Notes: generated from the letters alone by a model not told the origin. A DNA stretch of 64,000 nt from an uncultured delta proteobacterium (GCA_963771175.1 CAVYSY010000046.1:229475-293474), one strand, 5' to 3'; positions 1 through 12,172 are shown, numbered from the stretch's first letter. Program-made: numbers and translations.

Positions 1-12
1 CGGGCACACGCC

Positions 13-44
13 AAAAAGAAAAACGGGAGCGTCGCCGCTCCCGT
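13..44 (-). terminator. Probable intrinsic terminator of the M35 peptidase gene
   Basis: Stem ACGGGAGCG/CGCTCCCGT (23-44) followed on the minus strand by a T-rich run (A-run at 13-23 on +), about 30 bp past the stop. Confidence 0.7.
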
Positions 45-73
45 CTCTTACCGCCGAACCCTACCCGACCTGC

Positions 74-1172
74 TTACGGCAGGGAGGGGGTGTTCTCGGC
101 GAAGTACTCGTGGTTGTCCGCGTTGTCCAGGGCGTTGGTGGGGTTGGAGCTGGCGAGGCTCTTGGCCGCGCTCTGGCCGTAGGCCCAGTCATCCGTGCCC
201 GCCACCACGTTGAAGTGGCTCATCTCGTGGACCAGCGTGCCGGCCTTGGAGTCCGTGCCCGTCGCGGGGGCGCTCCAGAAAGCGTTGCACACGTAGATCT
301 TGTACGGCGAGGCCGGGTACACGTAGGCGTAGTAGCTCTGGTTGCAGCTGCAGTCGACCACGACCGCCGCGTTGGCGAAGGCGTTCTTGATGTTGGTGAA
401 GTGGCTGCGCGCCGTGGTCAGCCGGGCGCTCGTGTAGGAGCCGAACCAGGTGGTGTAGCGCGTGGTGCCCGAGGGAGATGCCGTTGAGGTAGGTCGACGC
501 GTTGTTCGAGTACGTCTTGGCGTTGCTCACCGCCGTGGTGATCGACGACTGCTCGGAGCTGGTGCAGGCGCCGGAGAACGACAGACCCTGGGCCGACACG
601 GTGCCCTGAGCCTGGAGCTCGGGCTGGCCGCTCTCACGGCCCTCGATCCACAGGTTCACGAGGTTGGAGTCGAGCTGCGCGGCCTTGGAGAGCAGCGCGG
701 AGTGCTGATCCAGCGAGCGCGCGGCGTAGCTGATGGAGTAGGTGCCGGACTCGGACAGGTCATAGAAGCCCGAGACAGGCGCCACGCCCGAGATGCTCTC
801 GCCGGGGGCCAGGGTGACGTAGTCCTCGGCGCCCGGGGCCGCGCGCTTGATCTGGGGGCCGATGTACTCCACCGGCTCGCCATTGCGCGCCACCTCGAAC
901 AGACCCTCCTTGAGGGTGCCGTCCGGGATGTAGAACGAGAGCAGCCGCACGGGCTCGGACGAGATGTTGGTGAAGGTGACCTTCACCGCCACGTCCTCGC
1001 GGGCGCTCAGGGCGGACTTCTCCACGGACAGGCTCACCGCCACCTCACCGGTGGTGGCCTGCTGCTCCGCGGCAATCTCCTCGGCCGAATCGGCCGGCGC
1101 ACCGCAGGCGCCAAGAAGGGACACGCCGACAACTCCGCCGACCAGCCACTTGAAACCGAGGGTCTTGCTCAC
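74..1172 (-). CDS. M35 family (aspzincin, peptidyl-Lys-like) metalloendopeptidase lipoprotein; apparent frameshift near 470
   Basis: Lipobox LGAC; propeptide; HEMSHF...GTDD zinc motif and NADNHEYFAEN tail; ORFs 189..1172 and 74..361 join across an indel. Confidence 0.85.
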
Positions 1173-1584
1173 GTGGAAATTCCTTTCGGGGTACTGCGCT
1201 ACAGGGGAGGACTCGTTTCCGAGTAATTCTTGTTATACACCCATAAGCAGATAAAACCAACTGATAAGATTGTTTCAGGTTATTTCGTTTGACCTGAAAT
1301 GTTCCTATCGGGACCCAGGCCCCCAGCAGACCCGCGACGACCTGCTCGTGGAAGAGGGGCGCTCCGGTGACACCATGGCAGGCCCGAGCGCTCCACCGCG
1401 GCCTCGAGCCGTGGGAACACGTCAAAGGACTGAGCCACCGAGAGCTCGAAAGGGTGTGCCGCGTCGAGGATGGAACGCACCGCGCGCAAGGCGATGCGGT
1501 TCGCATCGGGACGGTAGGGCATGGGGGTGTTCTCCCCTCAGCGGGCCCGTGGCGTCCCGAGCTTGGAATGCCCACCGGGGCCTA

Positions 1585-1926
1585 CTACTCGCCCTCGTCC
1601 TCGCGGCTGCTGGCGACGCCGAACGTGTTGGCGTCGGCGATATCCTTGGTGGTGCTCTTGTACGCGCGGTACGCGAAGGGCGACACGGCAGCGAACACGA
1701 TGCCGGCGAGGCCCAGGGCCATCCAGGGGAAGGGCTCTTCCTTGACCTTGATGTCCCGATCGTAGCCGTTGATGTTGTACTTCGGCTTGGAGCGAGCGGC
1801 ATCGCGCTGTTCCTGGGTCATCTCCTCACCCTGGAACTCCTGGATTTGCCGCCGCTGGGCCAGGGCGGCACCGCCAGAGACGAGCACGAGGACGACCATC
1901 AATCGCGAGAGGGGGAGCAGGCGCAT
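1585..1926 (-). CDS. Small exported/membrane hypothetical protein
   Basis: Signal peptide (…GGAALA-QRRQ) plus a C-terminal TM helix (FPWMALGLAGIVFAAVSPF); host-like codon usage. Confidence 0.65.
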   Translation of the reverse strand: MRLLPLSRLMVVLVLVSGGAALAQRRQIQEFQGEEMTQEQRDAARSKPKYNINGYDRDIKVKEEPFPWMALGLAGIVFAAVSPFAYRAYKSTTKDIADANTFGVASSREDEGE

Positions 1927-2006
1927 GGGCGCGCAGCCTACCACGACCGTACAGGTGCGCAGAAGAAGGCTTGCGTCGCCCCCGGCGGTCCATTAGGCGC
2001 GGACCC

Positions 2007-3724
2007 GTGCGCCTCCTCCTGATCCCCCTGGTCAACCTGCTGTTGCTGTTGCGCGCCCTGCTGGGCCTGCCATTCCGACTGCTGGGGGCGCGCGGCCGTC
2101 CCTCCTACATCCGCTTCAGGCTGGCGGGAGATCCCCCCTACCGGGAGCGGAGCCGCCGGCCCCGCTTGAGCCTGCTGGGAGGCCCTGGGCGTCCCGAGCC
2201 GGCCACGGTGACCTCGCTGGAGCGCTTCCGGGAGTCGCTCGCGCTGCTGGCGAAGGACCCGAAGGTGAAGGGCATCCTCGTGGAGCTGGAGGGGCTGGAG
2301 GTGCCGCCAGCGAAGCGGGAGGTGCTGGTGAAGCTGCTGGAGGACTTCCGGGCGGCGGGCAAGCGGGTGGTGGCGTGGGCGGTGAGCGCGGACAACCTGG
2401 GGTACCAGGTGATGTGCGCGGCGGACGAGGTGCTGCTGGCTCCGGCGGGGCGGCTGGAGCTGGTGGGCTACGCCGCGGAGGCCACCGCGCTCGGCGAGGG
2501 CCTGGGCCGGCTGGGGATCCAGGCGCACTTCATCCGGCGGGGACCGTACAAGACGGCGCCGGAGCTCTTCACGCACCCGCATGTGTCGGACATCCAGCGG
2601 CAGACGCTGGAGGGCTTCCTGGACGAGCGGTACGACGAGCTGGTGGGCACCGTGGCGAAGGGGCGCAAGCGCACGCCGGAGGAGGTGCGGGCGTGGATCG
2701 ACGCGGGCCCGTACAGCGCGAAGCGCGCGGCGGCCGAGGGGCTGATCGACGGGCTGTGCAGCGAGGCGGACCTGCCCGCGCGGCTGGGGATGAAGGACGG
2801 CGAGGCGGACGAGGAAGAGGAGGAGGGGCTGGACCCGATGCCGCTGTACCTGGCGCGGCTGCCGTGGCCGCCGATGAAGTGGCGCCCGCTGCGTCCGAGA
2901 CCCCGGCTGGCGGTGGTGCCCCTGTCGGGGATGATCGTCCCCGGGAAGGGCGGGGCGGGGGGACCGGGACCGGAGATGGCGGGCTCGGAGGTGGCGGTGA
3001 AGGCGCTGCGTGCGGCGGGGAGGGATCGGCGCTCGAAGGCGGTGCTGCTGTACGTGGCGAGCCCGGGAGGCTCGGCGCTGGCCTCGGAACTCATCCTGGA
3101 GGCGGTGCAGCGGGTGGCGAAGAAGAAGCCGGTGATCGCCTTCGTGGACCGGGTGGCGGCGAGCGGTGGCTACATGGCGGCGCTGGGGGCGAAGGAGATC
3201 TGGGCCACGCCGCACGCGGTGGTGGGCTCCATCGGGGTCTTCGCGGGGAAGTTCGACGCCTCGGGACTGCTGGAGAAGCTGGGGATCCACCGCACGATGA
3301 TCGTGCGGGGGAGAACGCGGGCATCTTCTCGCCCACGCGGGGCTTCACCGAGCACGAGCGGGCGTCGATGGAGGCGGAGGTGGAGGAGACGTACCAGACG
3401 TTCCTCGAGTTCGTGGCGAAGGCGCGAAGCCGGACGAAGGAGGAGATCCACGCGCTGGCGGAGGGGCGGGTGTACAGCGGCACGCGAGCGCTGGGGGTGG
3501 GGCTGGTGGACCGGACGGGGGGCTTCGAGGAGGCGTGCCGGCACGCGATGGGGCTGGCGAAGGTGCCGGCGGAGCAGCGCTTCGATCTGCACATTCACGG
3601 AGGGGTGGATCGGCGCTTCTCCCTGCTGAAGCTGTTGTTGGGAGGCTCACGCGCGGGGCTGTATGCCTTGTGCCCGACGGCCTGGAGCCTGCTGGGGTTC
3701 AGGGGAGGGGAGCGTTTCGAGTAA
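2007..3724 (+). CDS. sppA: Signal peptide peptidase SppA (S49), long form; frameshift near 3310
   Basis: Two S49 domains: YKTAPELFT, SPGGSALASE, AASGGY, VGSIGVF, and AEGRVYSG in the continuing frame. Confidence 0.85.
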
Positions 3725-3737
3725 TGTCGGGGCCCGC

Positions 3738-4289
3738 ATGGCGCGCCCCTGTCCCCTCTGCGAGAACGAGTCCCTGCGACCCCTGCGTGTCTCCACCGTG
3801 GAGGTGGACACCTGCCCGCGTTGTCACGGGCTGTGGTTCGACCCGGGAGAGCTGGAGCGGTTCCCGGATCGGCCCCCGACGCGAGCGTTCCTGGCGGCGG
3901 CGAGACAGGCGCCCTCGCGGTGCGGGAAGCGGGGGCACCTCGTGCCGCGCGAGCAGTCCACGTGCGCCACGTGCCGGAGCGAGCCGGTGTCCTGCCCGAG
4001 CTGTGGCTCGCGGCTGGCGCGGGTGGAGACGAGTGCCTGCGCCCTCGACGTGTGCACGCGCTGCGAGGGTGTCTGGCTGGACGCGGGCGGGTTCGAGTCA
4101 CTGGAGGGGGTGACGAACCCCCAGGTAAGGCCAGCCGGAGCGGCGGCCCCGGGCGCACCGGCGCAGCGGTGTTCGGCCTGCAGGAGGGGGCTCCAGGTCC
4201 CGAACGCTTTCATCTATGAAGGCGACCTCTATTGTGCCCCGTGCCGGCCACCGGGCGCCGTCCCGTGCAAATCCCCCCAGGGGTTCTAA
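3738..4289 (+). CDS. Zinc-ribbon (zf-TFIIB-like) repeat protein
   Basis: Repeated CxxC pairs with 'VDTCPRCHGLWFDPGELE' and 'LDVCTRCEGVWLDAG' motifs. Confidence 0.75.
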   Translation: MARPCPLCENESLRPLRVSTVEVDTCPRCHGLWFDPGELERFPDRPPTRAFLAAARQAPSRCGKRGHLVPREQSTCATCRSEPVSCPSCGSRLARVETSACALDVCTRCEGVWLDAGGFESLEGVTNPQVRPAGAAAPGAPAQRCSACRRGLQVPNAFIYEGDLYCAPCRPPGAVPCKSPQGF

Positions 4290-4364
4290 GAGGGCTGAAG
4301 TAGCTCCGGGCCGGGGCTTGCGTGATGCAACTCCCCCGCGTCGAGATACGCGGGCGGGCTCGCA

Positions 4365-4634
4365 TCAAAGCCCCGGCCCAACGGCCAATGCCGGAAAGAT
4401 CACGTTGCCGAGTGTGACGATCCGGGGTCCATCTGCTTCCCAGAGCTTCAGGACAAAGGGACCAATCGTCTGCACGTCCTGGGCCTGAACTTCGATGAAG
4501 AGGGCGCGAAATTCGCCCGGACGGACGGGTTCCGGTTGCCACACGGAACCCTTCAGTTCATCACCCCTGGGGCCTGTGAGCTTGGCCCCTTGAGCCGCCC
4601 AGGCCGCCGTGTCGTCCGGATTCTGCAACTCAAC
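4365..4634 (-). pseudogene. C-terminal remnant of a DUF2381-family myxobacterial protein
   Basis: VELQNP…W…GAKLTGPRGDELK…VWQPEP…GPFVLKLWEADGPRIVTLGNVIFP resembles the DUF2381 C-terminus; no signal peptide or N-terminal part present. Confidence 0.65.
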
Positions 4635-4974
4635 CGAGCTGTGCAGCGTTCATGCGGCGAAGCGTCCTCACCAGCCGCCGGAGCTCCGGTAGATCATCCA
4701 CCTCGGGTTCGGGAGCCTCCAGCCACAAGGGCGCCTTGTCGACGTCGAGCCCCAGCATGGCGTTGGCGTCCACGCGCAGGATGCGGCACAGCTTCCGCAG
4801 GGTTGGAACGCTCGGGAGCATATGACCGCGCTCCAGCCGCCCGAAGACCTCGGTTACGACCCCAATTCGTTCCGCGACATCCGCCTGAGTCAGCGCGGTC
4901 CTCTTGCGCGCCTCGCGCACAACCGCGCTCAAGTGGGCCGTCAATCTCTTCTTCTCGTTCTGACTGTCCATCAT
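4630..4974 (-). CDS. XRE-family helix-turn-helix regulator (possibly 3'-truncated)
   Basis: REARKRTALTQADVAERIGV…GRLERGHMLPSVPTLRKLC is an HTH_3 pattern. Confidence 0.8.
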   Translation of the reverse strand: MMDSQNEKKRLTAHLSAVVREARKRTALTQADVAERIGVVTEVFGRLERGHMLPSVPTLRKLCRILRVDANAMLGLDVDKAPLWLEAPEPEVDDLPELRRLVRTLRRMNAAQLG

Positions 4975-5001
4975 CGGTCATCGGCGCGCTGGCTCCAGGA
5001 G

Positions 5002-6180
5002 CTATCCGAGGCTCGAAGCCTTCGGCCACGGGAGAAATCCAATCTCAACAGGGTGTGCATCCACTCGCTTGAGCGCGGATGCGCTCTTGACGATGACCGC
5101 CAGCTCCGCTGCCGCCTCGGGAGCGCCGAAGGGCCGCCGGAGGCTGGCGAGATACGCGCGCAGCTCGTCACGCATCTCGGCCGCTGTCTGATAGCGCTTG
5201 GTGGGGTCACTCTGAAGGGCTCGGAGCACGACCTTCCTCAATGGGGCCGGGGCTTGTCGGGCGATGCGCTCCACGTCCTCAGGACCGAAGCGGAGGAGTC
5301 GATCAGCGAGTATCTCGATGGAAGCCCATGCCGACTGCTCGGCCCTCACGCCTGAGACGAGCTGGAGCGTGCGTTTGGACACTTTGGGCGGCAGCACGTC
5401 CGGAGGATCGAGCGGATGGTGGCCCGCGATCATCTCCAGCAGGACGAGCCCGAGCGAGAAGATGTCCGCTCGGCTGTCGATGACCTTGGGCGAGAGGAGT
5501 CCAGCTCTGCCCTTTTCGGAGACGGAGCGAATGAGTTCCGGAGCCGCGTAGGCAAAATTTCCTCGGAGTACACGCGGCGGTGTTGGCACGCGCCCGAGTA
5601 GCTCCGAGAAGGCGGCGCCGAAGTTGGTGAGCTTGACGCGACCGTTGCGCCCGAGGCGGATGGCCGTAGGGCTGACGGCCCGGTGGATGATGTGAAGCTC
5701 GCGCCCTCTGTCATCCTCGCACTCATGGGCGTAGTCGAGGGCGTTGGCCACTTCGGAGGCGATGAAGGCCGCGAAAGCCGGGGAGAGCTTCCGGTCCAGC
5801 AGCAGCGCAGCGCCGATGATCGTGGCGAGGAACCCCCCGCTTGTGTGCTCCATCACCACGAAGGGGGCTCCCTGGTACTCGGCGAGCCTGAAGACGCGAG
5901 CGATGGCCGGATGGTGAAGGTGGGCGGCGAGTTGGACCTCCTCAACGGCTCGGGTCCTACCAGCACGCCCTTCCGGCACCTCCACGCGCTTCAGGACCAC
6001 CAATCGACGTGGGCCCACCTGCTCCGTCGACCTACACCGCGCAATCAAAAGCGTGTCGTAATCCTCGTGTGCGAGGAGAGGACCGCGAACCTCGTAACGG
6101 AAAGCGCCTGACTCAAACGAGAAGCGCCCAGTCTCCGTGGGCGGGGTGTTGGCTCCGACCATGTGGTCTCCTGTGTGCAA
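5002..6180 (-). CDS. Ser/Thr protein kinase-like protein, predicted pseudokinase
   Basis: Hanks-type fold (VVLK, EEVQL, YAAPE, DIFSLG), but HRD reads HRA, the catalytic-loop Asn is absent and DFG reads NFG; start may be 6162. Confidence 0.8.
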   Translation of the reverse strand: MHTGDHMVGANTPPTETGRFSFESGAFRYEVRGPLLAHEDYDTLLIARCRSTEQVGPRRLVVLKRVEVPEGRAGRTRAVEEVQLAAHLHHPAIARVFRLAEYQGAPFVVMEHTSGGFLATIIGAALLLDRKLSPAFAAFIASEVANALDYAHECEDDRGRELHIIHRAVSPTAIRLGRNGRVKLTNFGAAFSELLGRVPTPPRVLRGNFAYAAPELIRSVSEKGRAGLLSPKVIDSRADIFSLGLVLLEMIAGHHPLDPPDVLPPKVSKRTLQLVSGVRAEQSAWASIEILADRLLRFGPEDVERIARQAPAPLRKVVLRALQSDPTKRYQTAAEMRDELRAYLASLRRPFGAPEAAAELAVIVKSASALKRVDAHPVEIGFLPWPKASSLG

Positions 6181-6419
6181 CGGAATAAATGAGAGACGCT
6201 TGCACTCTCATTGGTCATCATCATTGCGCCCAGACACGTAACACGGATGGGCGGAAGAATGGAAGCAGCCCCACCGGGTAGGTCATCACCCCCGGGCAAC
6301 CGGCCCAAGTAGGAAAGCATCGGGAGGAACAACCGAGTGCGACACATCTACGGAGAGGAGCCCCGCCTATCGCTCCTTCTGGTTAGGGTGATGGTCGACC
6401 CCGATGCCCCGCGTTTCCC

Positions 6420-7044
6420 ATGCTCCCCAATCTTCTCAGACCTCCTCTCCTGACCCTCTCCCTTGCGGTCTCCCTGGTGGCCACGGGCTGCGCCCACAAA
6501 CCCGGCCCCAAGGAGGTGGCGTCGGCCTATGCCCAGGCACTGGAGGAGAAGCGACTGTCGGACGCCTACGCGCTGACGACCACGCCGGAGCAGAATCGAG
6601 AAGTCCTTCCTGGAGCACTACTCGGACGCCTCGGTCCGTCAGGCCCGGGTCGCGGAGGTGAGCAAGGCCCTCCCGGAGCTCCAGGCCCAGGCCCCGGCCC
6701 TCACCGTGCTCCAGACCCCCATGGGTTGGCGGGTCGTCGAGAAAGAGGCGGAGGACGCGCCCCGGGAGACCCTGAACCGCTTCCTGGACGCGGTGAAGGG
6801 GCGCGACTGGCCCACGGCCTGGTCGCTGCTGAGCGCTCCGCTGCGTGCCCGCTACACGCCCGAGCGCCTGCGCGACGACTTCAAGCGCGAGCCCCTGTCG
6901 GCCGAGCGGGTGCACCGGGCGCGGCTCGCCCTGCAGGGCCCGGTGCGGCTGTCTGCCTCGGGAGCGGAGTTCCCGATCGGAGAGGACCGGGCGGTGCGGC
7001 TGGTCCGGGAGGCAGGCGAGTATCGAGTGGCGACCATCGAATGA
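6420..7044 (+). CDS. Lipoprotein of unknown function; frameshift near 6595
   Basis: Lipobox VATGC; ORFs 6420.. and 6658..7044 join into one plausible protein. Confidence 0.65.
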
Positions 7045-7082
7045 GATGGCGTGCGGTCGCGGGAGCAGGGGATTAGAGGAGG

Positions 7083-7111
7083 TTGACACGATCGGGGCCG
7101 CTGGCTATTCC
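7083..7111 (+). promoter_or_regulatory. Putative sigma70-type promoter of mrp
   Basis: TTGACA-N17-TATTCC about 60 bp upstream of the ATG. Confidence 0.45.
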
Positions 7112-7172
7112 GCGCCCTCTCCGAGGGGGAGACCCCCAACCCCCCGGGCTCCAAAAGGATTCAGGTACCCAG

Positions 7173-8262
7173 ATGAGCGTTTCCGAGCGCGACATCCTCG
7201 CGGCGATGTCGAAGGTGATGGACCCCGAGCTGCACGTCGATCTGGTGAAGGCCGGGATGGTGAAGGACGTCCGCGTCGAGGGCGACAAGGCGAAGCTCAA
7301 GATCGAGCTGACCACGCCGGCCTGCCCGATGAAGGGGAAGATCCAGGCGGACGCCGAGGCGGCGCTCAAGCAGGTGCCGGGGCTGAAGACGTTCGACATC
7401 GAGTGGGGCGCGCAGGTGCGCTCGGCGCCGGCGGGCGTGGGCGGGCCGCAGGGGCAGGCGATCCTCCCGCAGGTGAAGAACGTGATCCTGGTCGGCGCCG
7501 GCAAGGGCGGCGTGGGCAAGAGCACCGTGTCGGTGAACCTGGCCGCGGCGCTGGCGCGCGAGGGCGCGAAGGTGGGCCTGCTGGACGCGGACTTCTACGG
7601 CCCCTCGATGCCGATGATGACGGGCATCACCGAGAAGCCGGTGAGCCCGGACGGCAAGACGCTGCTGCCGCTGGAGAAGCACGGGCTGAAGGTGATGTCG
7701 ATCGGCTTCCTGGTGGAGGCGGACCAGGCGCTCATCTGGCGCGGGCCCATGCTCCACGGCGCGCTGATGCAGCTCATGCGCGACGTGCACTGGGGCGAGC
7801 TGGACTACCTCGTCCTGGATCTGCCGCCGGGCACCGGCGACGTGGCCCTGTCGCTGTCGCAGTCGGTGCGGGCGGCGGGCGCGGTGCTGGTGACGACGCC
7901 GCAGGACGTGGCGCTGGCGGACGTGGTGCGCGCCAAGCAGATGTTCGACAAGGTCCACATCCCGGTGCTGGGCATCGTGGAGAACATGAGCCAGTTCGTG
8001 CTGCCCGCACTGCTCGAAGGCCACGCCCATCTTCCACCACGGCGGCGGGCGCAAGGCGGCCGAGATGTTCGGCATCCCCTTCCTGGGGGAGATTCCGCTC
8101 GAGCTGAAGATCCGCGAGCGCGGTGACGCGGGCGTGCCGGTGGTGCTGAGCCGCGCCGGACAGCCCCGAGGCCCAGGCCTTCATGGGGATGGCGCGCAAC
8201 ATCGCGGGCCGCGTCTCCACGGAGAACATGCGGGTGGCGGTGAAGCTGCCGGTGGTAGGCAG
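7173..8262 (+). CDS. mrp: Mrp/NBP35/ApbC Fe-S cluster carrier ATPase; frameshifts near 8000 and 8150, exact stop uncertain
   Basis: N-terminal DUF59-like DPEL…TTPACPM; GKGGVGKST P-loop; DADFYGPS; WRGPM; DLPPGTGD; GIVENMS. Confidence 0.9.
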
Positions 8263-8290
8263 CCGTCCCGCCACGAACCCCGAGGACCCC

Positions 8291-8750
8291 ATGGCGCCCC
8301 CAGACGACGATTTCGATCCGCTGCTCGGTGACGAGCCGGGGCGGCGAGTCGCCGCGCGGGCTTCGTGCCGGAGTTCGTGCGCAAGGTGGCGGTGGCGGGA
8401 CTGGGCGCGCTCTTCATGACCGAGGAGGGCATCCGCTCGCTCGCCGGCCAGCTCAAGCTGCCCAAGGAGGTGCTCGGCTACATCCTCTCGCAGGCGGAGA
8501 AGACGAAGGACGAGGTGGGCCGGGTCGTCTCCGAGGAGCTGCGGCGCTTCCTCCAGTCGGAGAAGCTGCGCGACGAGTTGCTCAAGCTGGTGTCGGGGAT
8601 GACGATGGAGGTGAAGGCGCAGATCCGCCTCGTGCCTCACGAGAAAGCGGCCGACGAGGAGTCGGACGAGACGCCTGCTCGGCCAAGGTGGTCGTCACCG
8701 AGCTGAACACGCGCCGCGGCGGCAAGAAGGCCTCCGGGAAGAAGGAGTAA
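8291..8750 (+). CDS. Conserved hypothetical helical protein (phasin-like N-terminal motif); frameshifted
   Basis: RBS GAGG before ATG 8291; VRKVAVAGLGALFMTEEGIR motif; pieces in three frames. Confidence 0.6.
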
Positions 8751-8754
8751 CGGC

Positions 8755-9159
8755 GTGGAGGGCGAGCCGCGGCGGGACTGGCGCAAACACCCCCTGATGA
8801 AGCGGCTGCCGCTGCTGCTGCTGGTCGCGCTGGGCCTGTGGCTTTGGAAGGGCTCGGACGTGCCCGAGCGCGAGCTGGTGTGGCGGCTGGACGGCCCGGG
8901 GTGGAGCGACATCCGGGCCCTCGAGTTCCAGGTGAAGGCCGAGGACGGCGAGCTGCTCAAGCGCGAGGAGCACCGCTTCCAGGGGAGCGCTCCGGGCTCC
9001 ATCACCCAGAAAATGGCCCTGCCCTCGGGGAGTTACCGAGGTGTGGGTCTTCGCCCGGGGGGCCGAGGGGCCCTCGCGGCCCCCCCAGTGGAGCGCCTGA
9101 CACTCGGGGACGAGGACGTGCGCGTCGAGCGCGAACTGCGGGTGCCGGCGAGTCGTTGA
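8755..9159 (+). CDS. Hypothetical membrane-anchored protein
   Basis: N-terminal hydrophobic helix (LPLLLLVALGLWLW); fills the gap before hbd. Confidence 0.6.
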   Translation: MEGEPRRDWRKHPLMKRLPLLLLVALGLWLWKGSDVPERELVWRLDGPGWSDIRALEFQVKAEDGELLKREEHRFQGSAPGSITQKMALPSGSYRGVGLRPGGRGALAAPPVERLTLGDEDVRVERELRVPASR

Positions 9160-9184
9160 CCGGTGGGGGGGCCAGGGCTATAGC
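9156..9184 (+). promoter_or_regulatory. Putative sigma70-type promoter of the hbd operon
   Basis: TTGACC-N17-TATAGC about 40 bp before ATG 9226. Confidence 0.5.
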
Positions 9185-9225
9185 GCGCCCGGTTCCTCGT
9201 TTACCGAGCAAGGGGTCTGGAACCC

Positions 9226-10075
9226 ATGGCAACGGAGCACATCGTCGTCGTCGGGGCAGGGCAGATGGGGCGGGCATCGCGCAGGTGGCGCTGCAGGCTG
9301 GCCTGCGCGTCACGCTGGTGGACGTCTCGAAGGAGGGTCTCGCCAAGGGCGCCGAGCGCATCAAGGGCGGCCTGAAGAAGCTGGTGGAGAAGGGCAAGCT
9401 GGACGCGGCCCGGCGCGAGGCGGCGAACGCCAACCTCGCCACCTCCACCAGCGCCACCGAGGTGAAGGACGTGGACTTCGCCATCGAGGCGGTGACGGAG
9501 AACGAGGAGCTCAAGCGCCGCATCTTCGTGGAGCTGGACAGCGTGGTGAAGCCCGGGCGGCATCCTGGCCACCAACACCTCGTCCATCCCCATCACCCGC
9601 ATCGCCGCGGCCACGAAGCGCCCCGAGAACGTCATCGGCATGCACTTCATGAACCCGGTGCCGGTGATGCAGCTGGTGGAGCTGATCCGCGGCGCGGCGA
9701 CGTCGGACGCGACCTACGCAGACCACGCGCGCGCTCGCCGAGAAGATGGGCAAGACCACGGTGGTGTCGAAGGACTACCCGGGCTTCATCGTCAACCGCA
9801 TCCTGATCCCGATGCTCAACGAGGCCTGCTTCGCGCTGATGGAGGGCCTGGGGACCGCCGAGGACATCGACACCGCGATGAAGCTGGGCACCAACCAGCC
9901 CATGGGCCCGCTGCAGCTCGCGGACTTCATCGGCCTGGACACGGTGCTCTACATCGCCGAGGTGCTGCACAAGGGCCTGGGCGACGACAAGTACCGCCCG
10001 TGCCCGCTGCTGCGCCAGTACGTGGACGCCGGCTGGTACGGCAAGAAGAGCGGCCGCGGCTTCTACAAGTACTAA
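9226..10075 (+). CDS. hbd: 3-hydroxybutyryl-CoA dehydrogenase; frameshifted
   Basis: VVGAGQMG Rossmann start; [52 protein letters not shown]. Confidence 0.9.
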
Positions 10076-10100
10076 CCCCGAGCACCCCGAGGAGCCTCAC

Positions 10101-10884
10101 ATGGCCTACGAGAACATCCGGCTGGAGACCGAGGACGCGATCGCCATCCTCACCATCGATCGCCCCAAGGCGCTCAACGCGCTCAACAGCAAGACGCTGC
10201 AGGAGCTGGAGTCGGCGCTGGACTCGCTGCCCACCACGGCTGCGCGCGCTCATCGTCACCGGCGGCGGCGAGAAGGCCTTCGTCGCCGGCGCGGACATCG
10301 CCGAGATGGCGTCGCATCACCTCGGCGCAGGCGCGCGAGTTCGCCGCCGCTGGGCCACCGCACGCTTCGCCACGCTCGAGCAGCTGCCCATCCCGACCAT
10401 CGCCGCGGTGAACGGCTTCGCGCTCGGCGGCGGCTGCGAGCTGGCCCTCGCCTGCGATCTCATCTACGCCTCGGAGAAGGCGAAGCTCGGCCTGCCCGAG
10501 GTGAGCCTCGGGCGTCATCCCCGGCTTCGGCGGCACGCAGCGGCTCACCCGCGCTGGTGGGCAAGATGCGCGCGAAGGAGCTCATCTTCACCGGCGAGCG
10601 CCTGGACGCGGCCAAGGCCAAGGAGATTGGCCTGGTGCTCGACGTGCTCCCGGCGGACAAGCTGCTGGCCGCACTGCAAGGCGGTGGCGGCGAAGATCCT
10701 CAAGAACGGCCCGCTGGCGATCTCCCAGGCCAAGCGGGTCATCGAGTTCGGCGCGGACCAGGATCTCCGGGCGGCCAACGAGCTGGAGCGCCAGGGCTTC
10801 GCGGTGCTCTTCGGCTCCGAGGACCAGAAGGAGGGCATGAAGGCCTTCCTGGAGAAGCGTCCGGCGGGCTTCACCGGCAAGTAG
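10101..10884 (+). CDS. crt: Enoyl-CoA hydratase (crotonase); frameshifted
   Basis: [47 protein letters not shown]. Confidence 0.9.
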
Positions 10885-11026
10885 GCCGGGGCAGGAGAGG
10901 GCCGGCGAGCGCCTGTCCGCTAATGGGCGCGGCAACCGACGCTTGCCCGCCCCTCCTGCAATCGCTGTTCCCGGGGCCTCCGCCCCGTACTATGTACCTC
11001 TGCGCCCTTACCCCACCAGGAGTGCC

Positions 11027-12172
<1,146 letters not shown>

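Noticed and set aside
1257..1284. Second dif-like sequence (CTGATAA-N6-TTCAGG)
   Set aside because: Only one arm resembles dif; the TTAT core of the other arm is missing
1280..1522. 80-aa ORF MPYRPDANRIALRAV… on the minus strand
   Set aside because: Could be a small gene, but it has no motif and runs into the AT-rich promoter region; insufficient support
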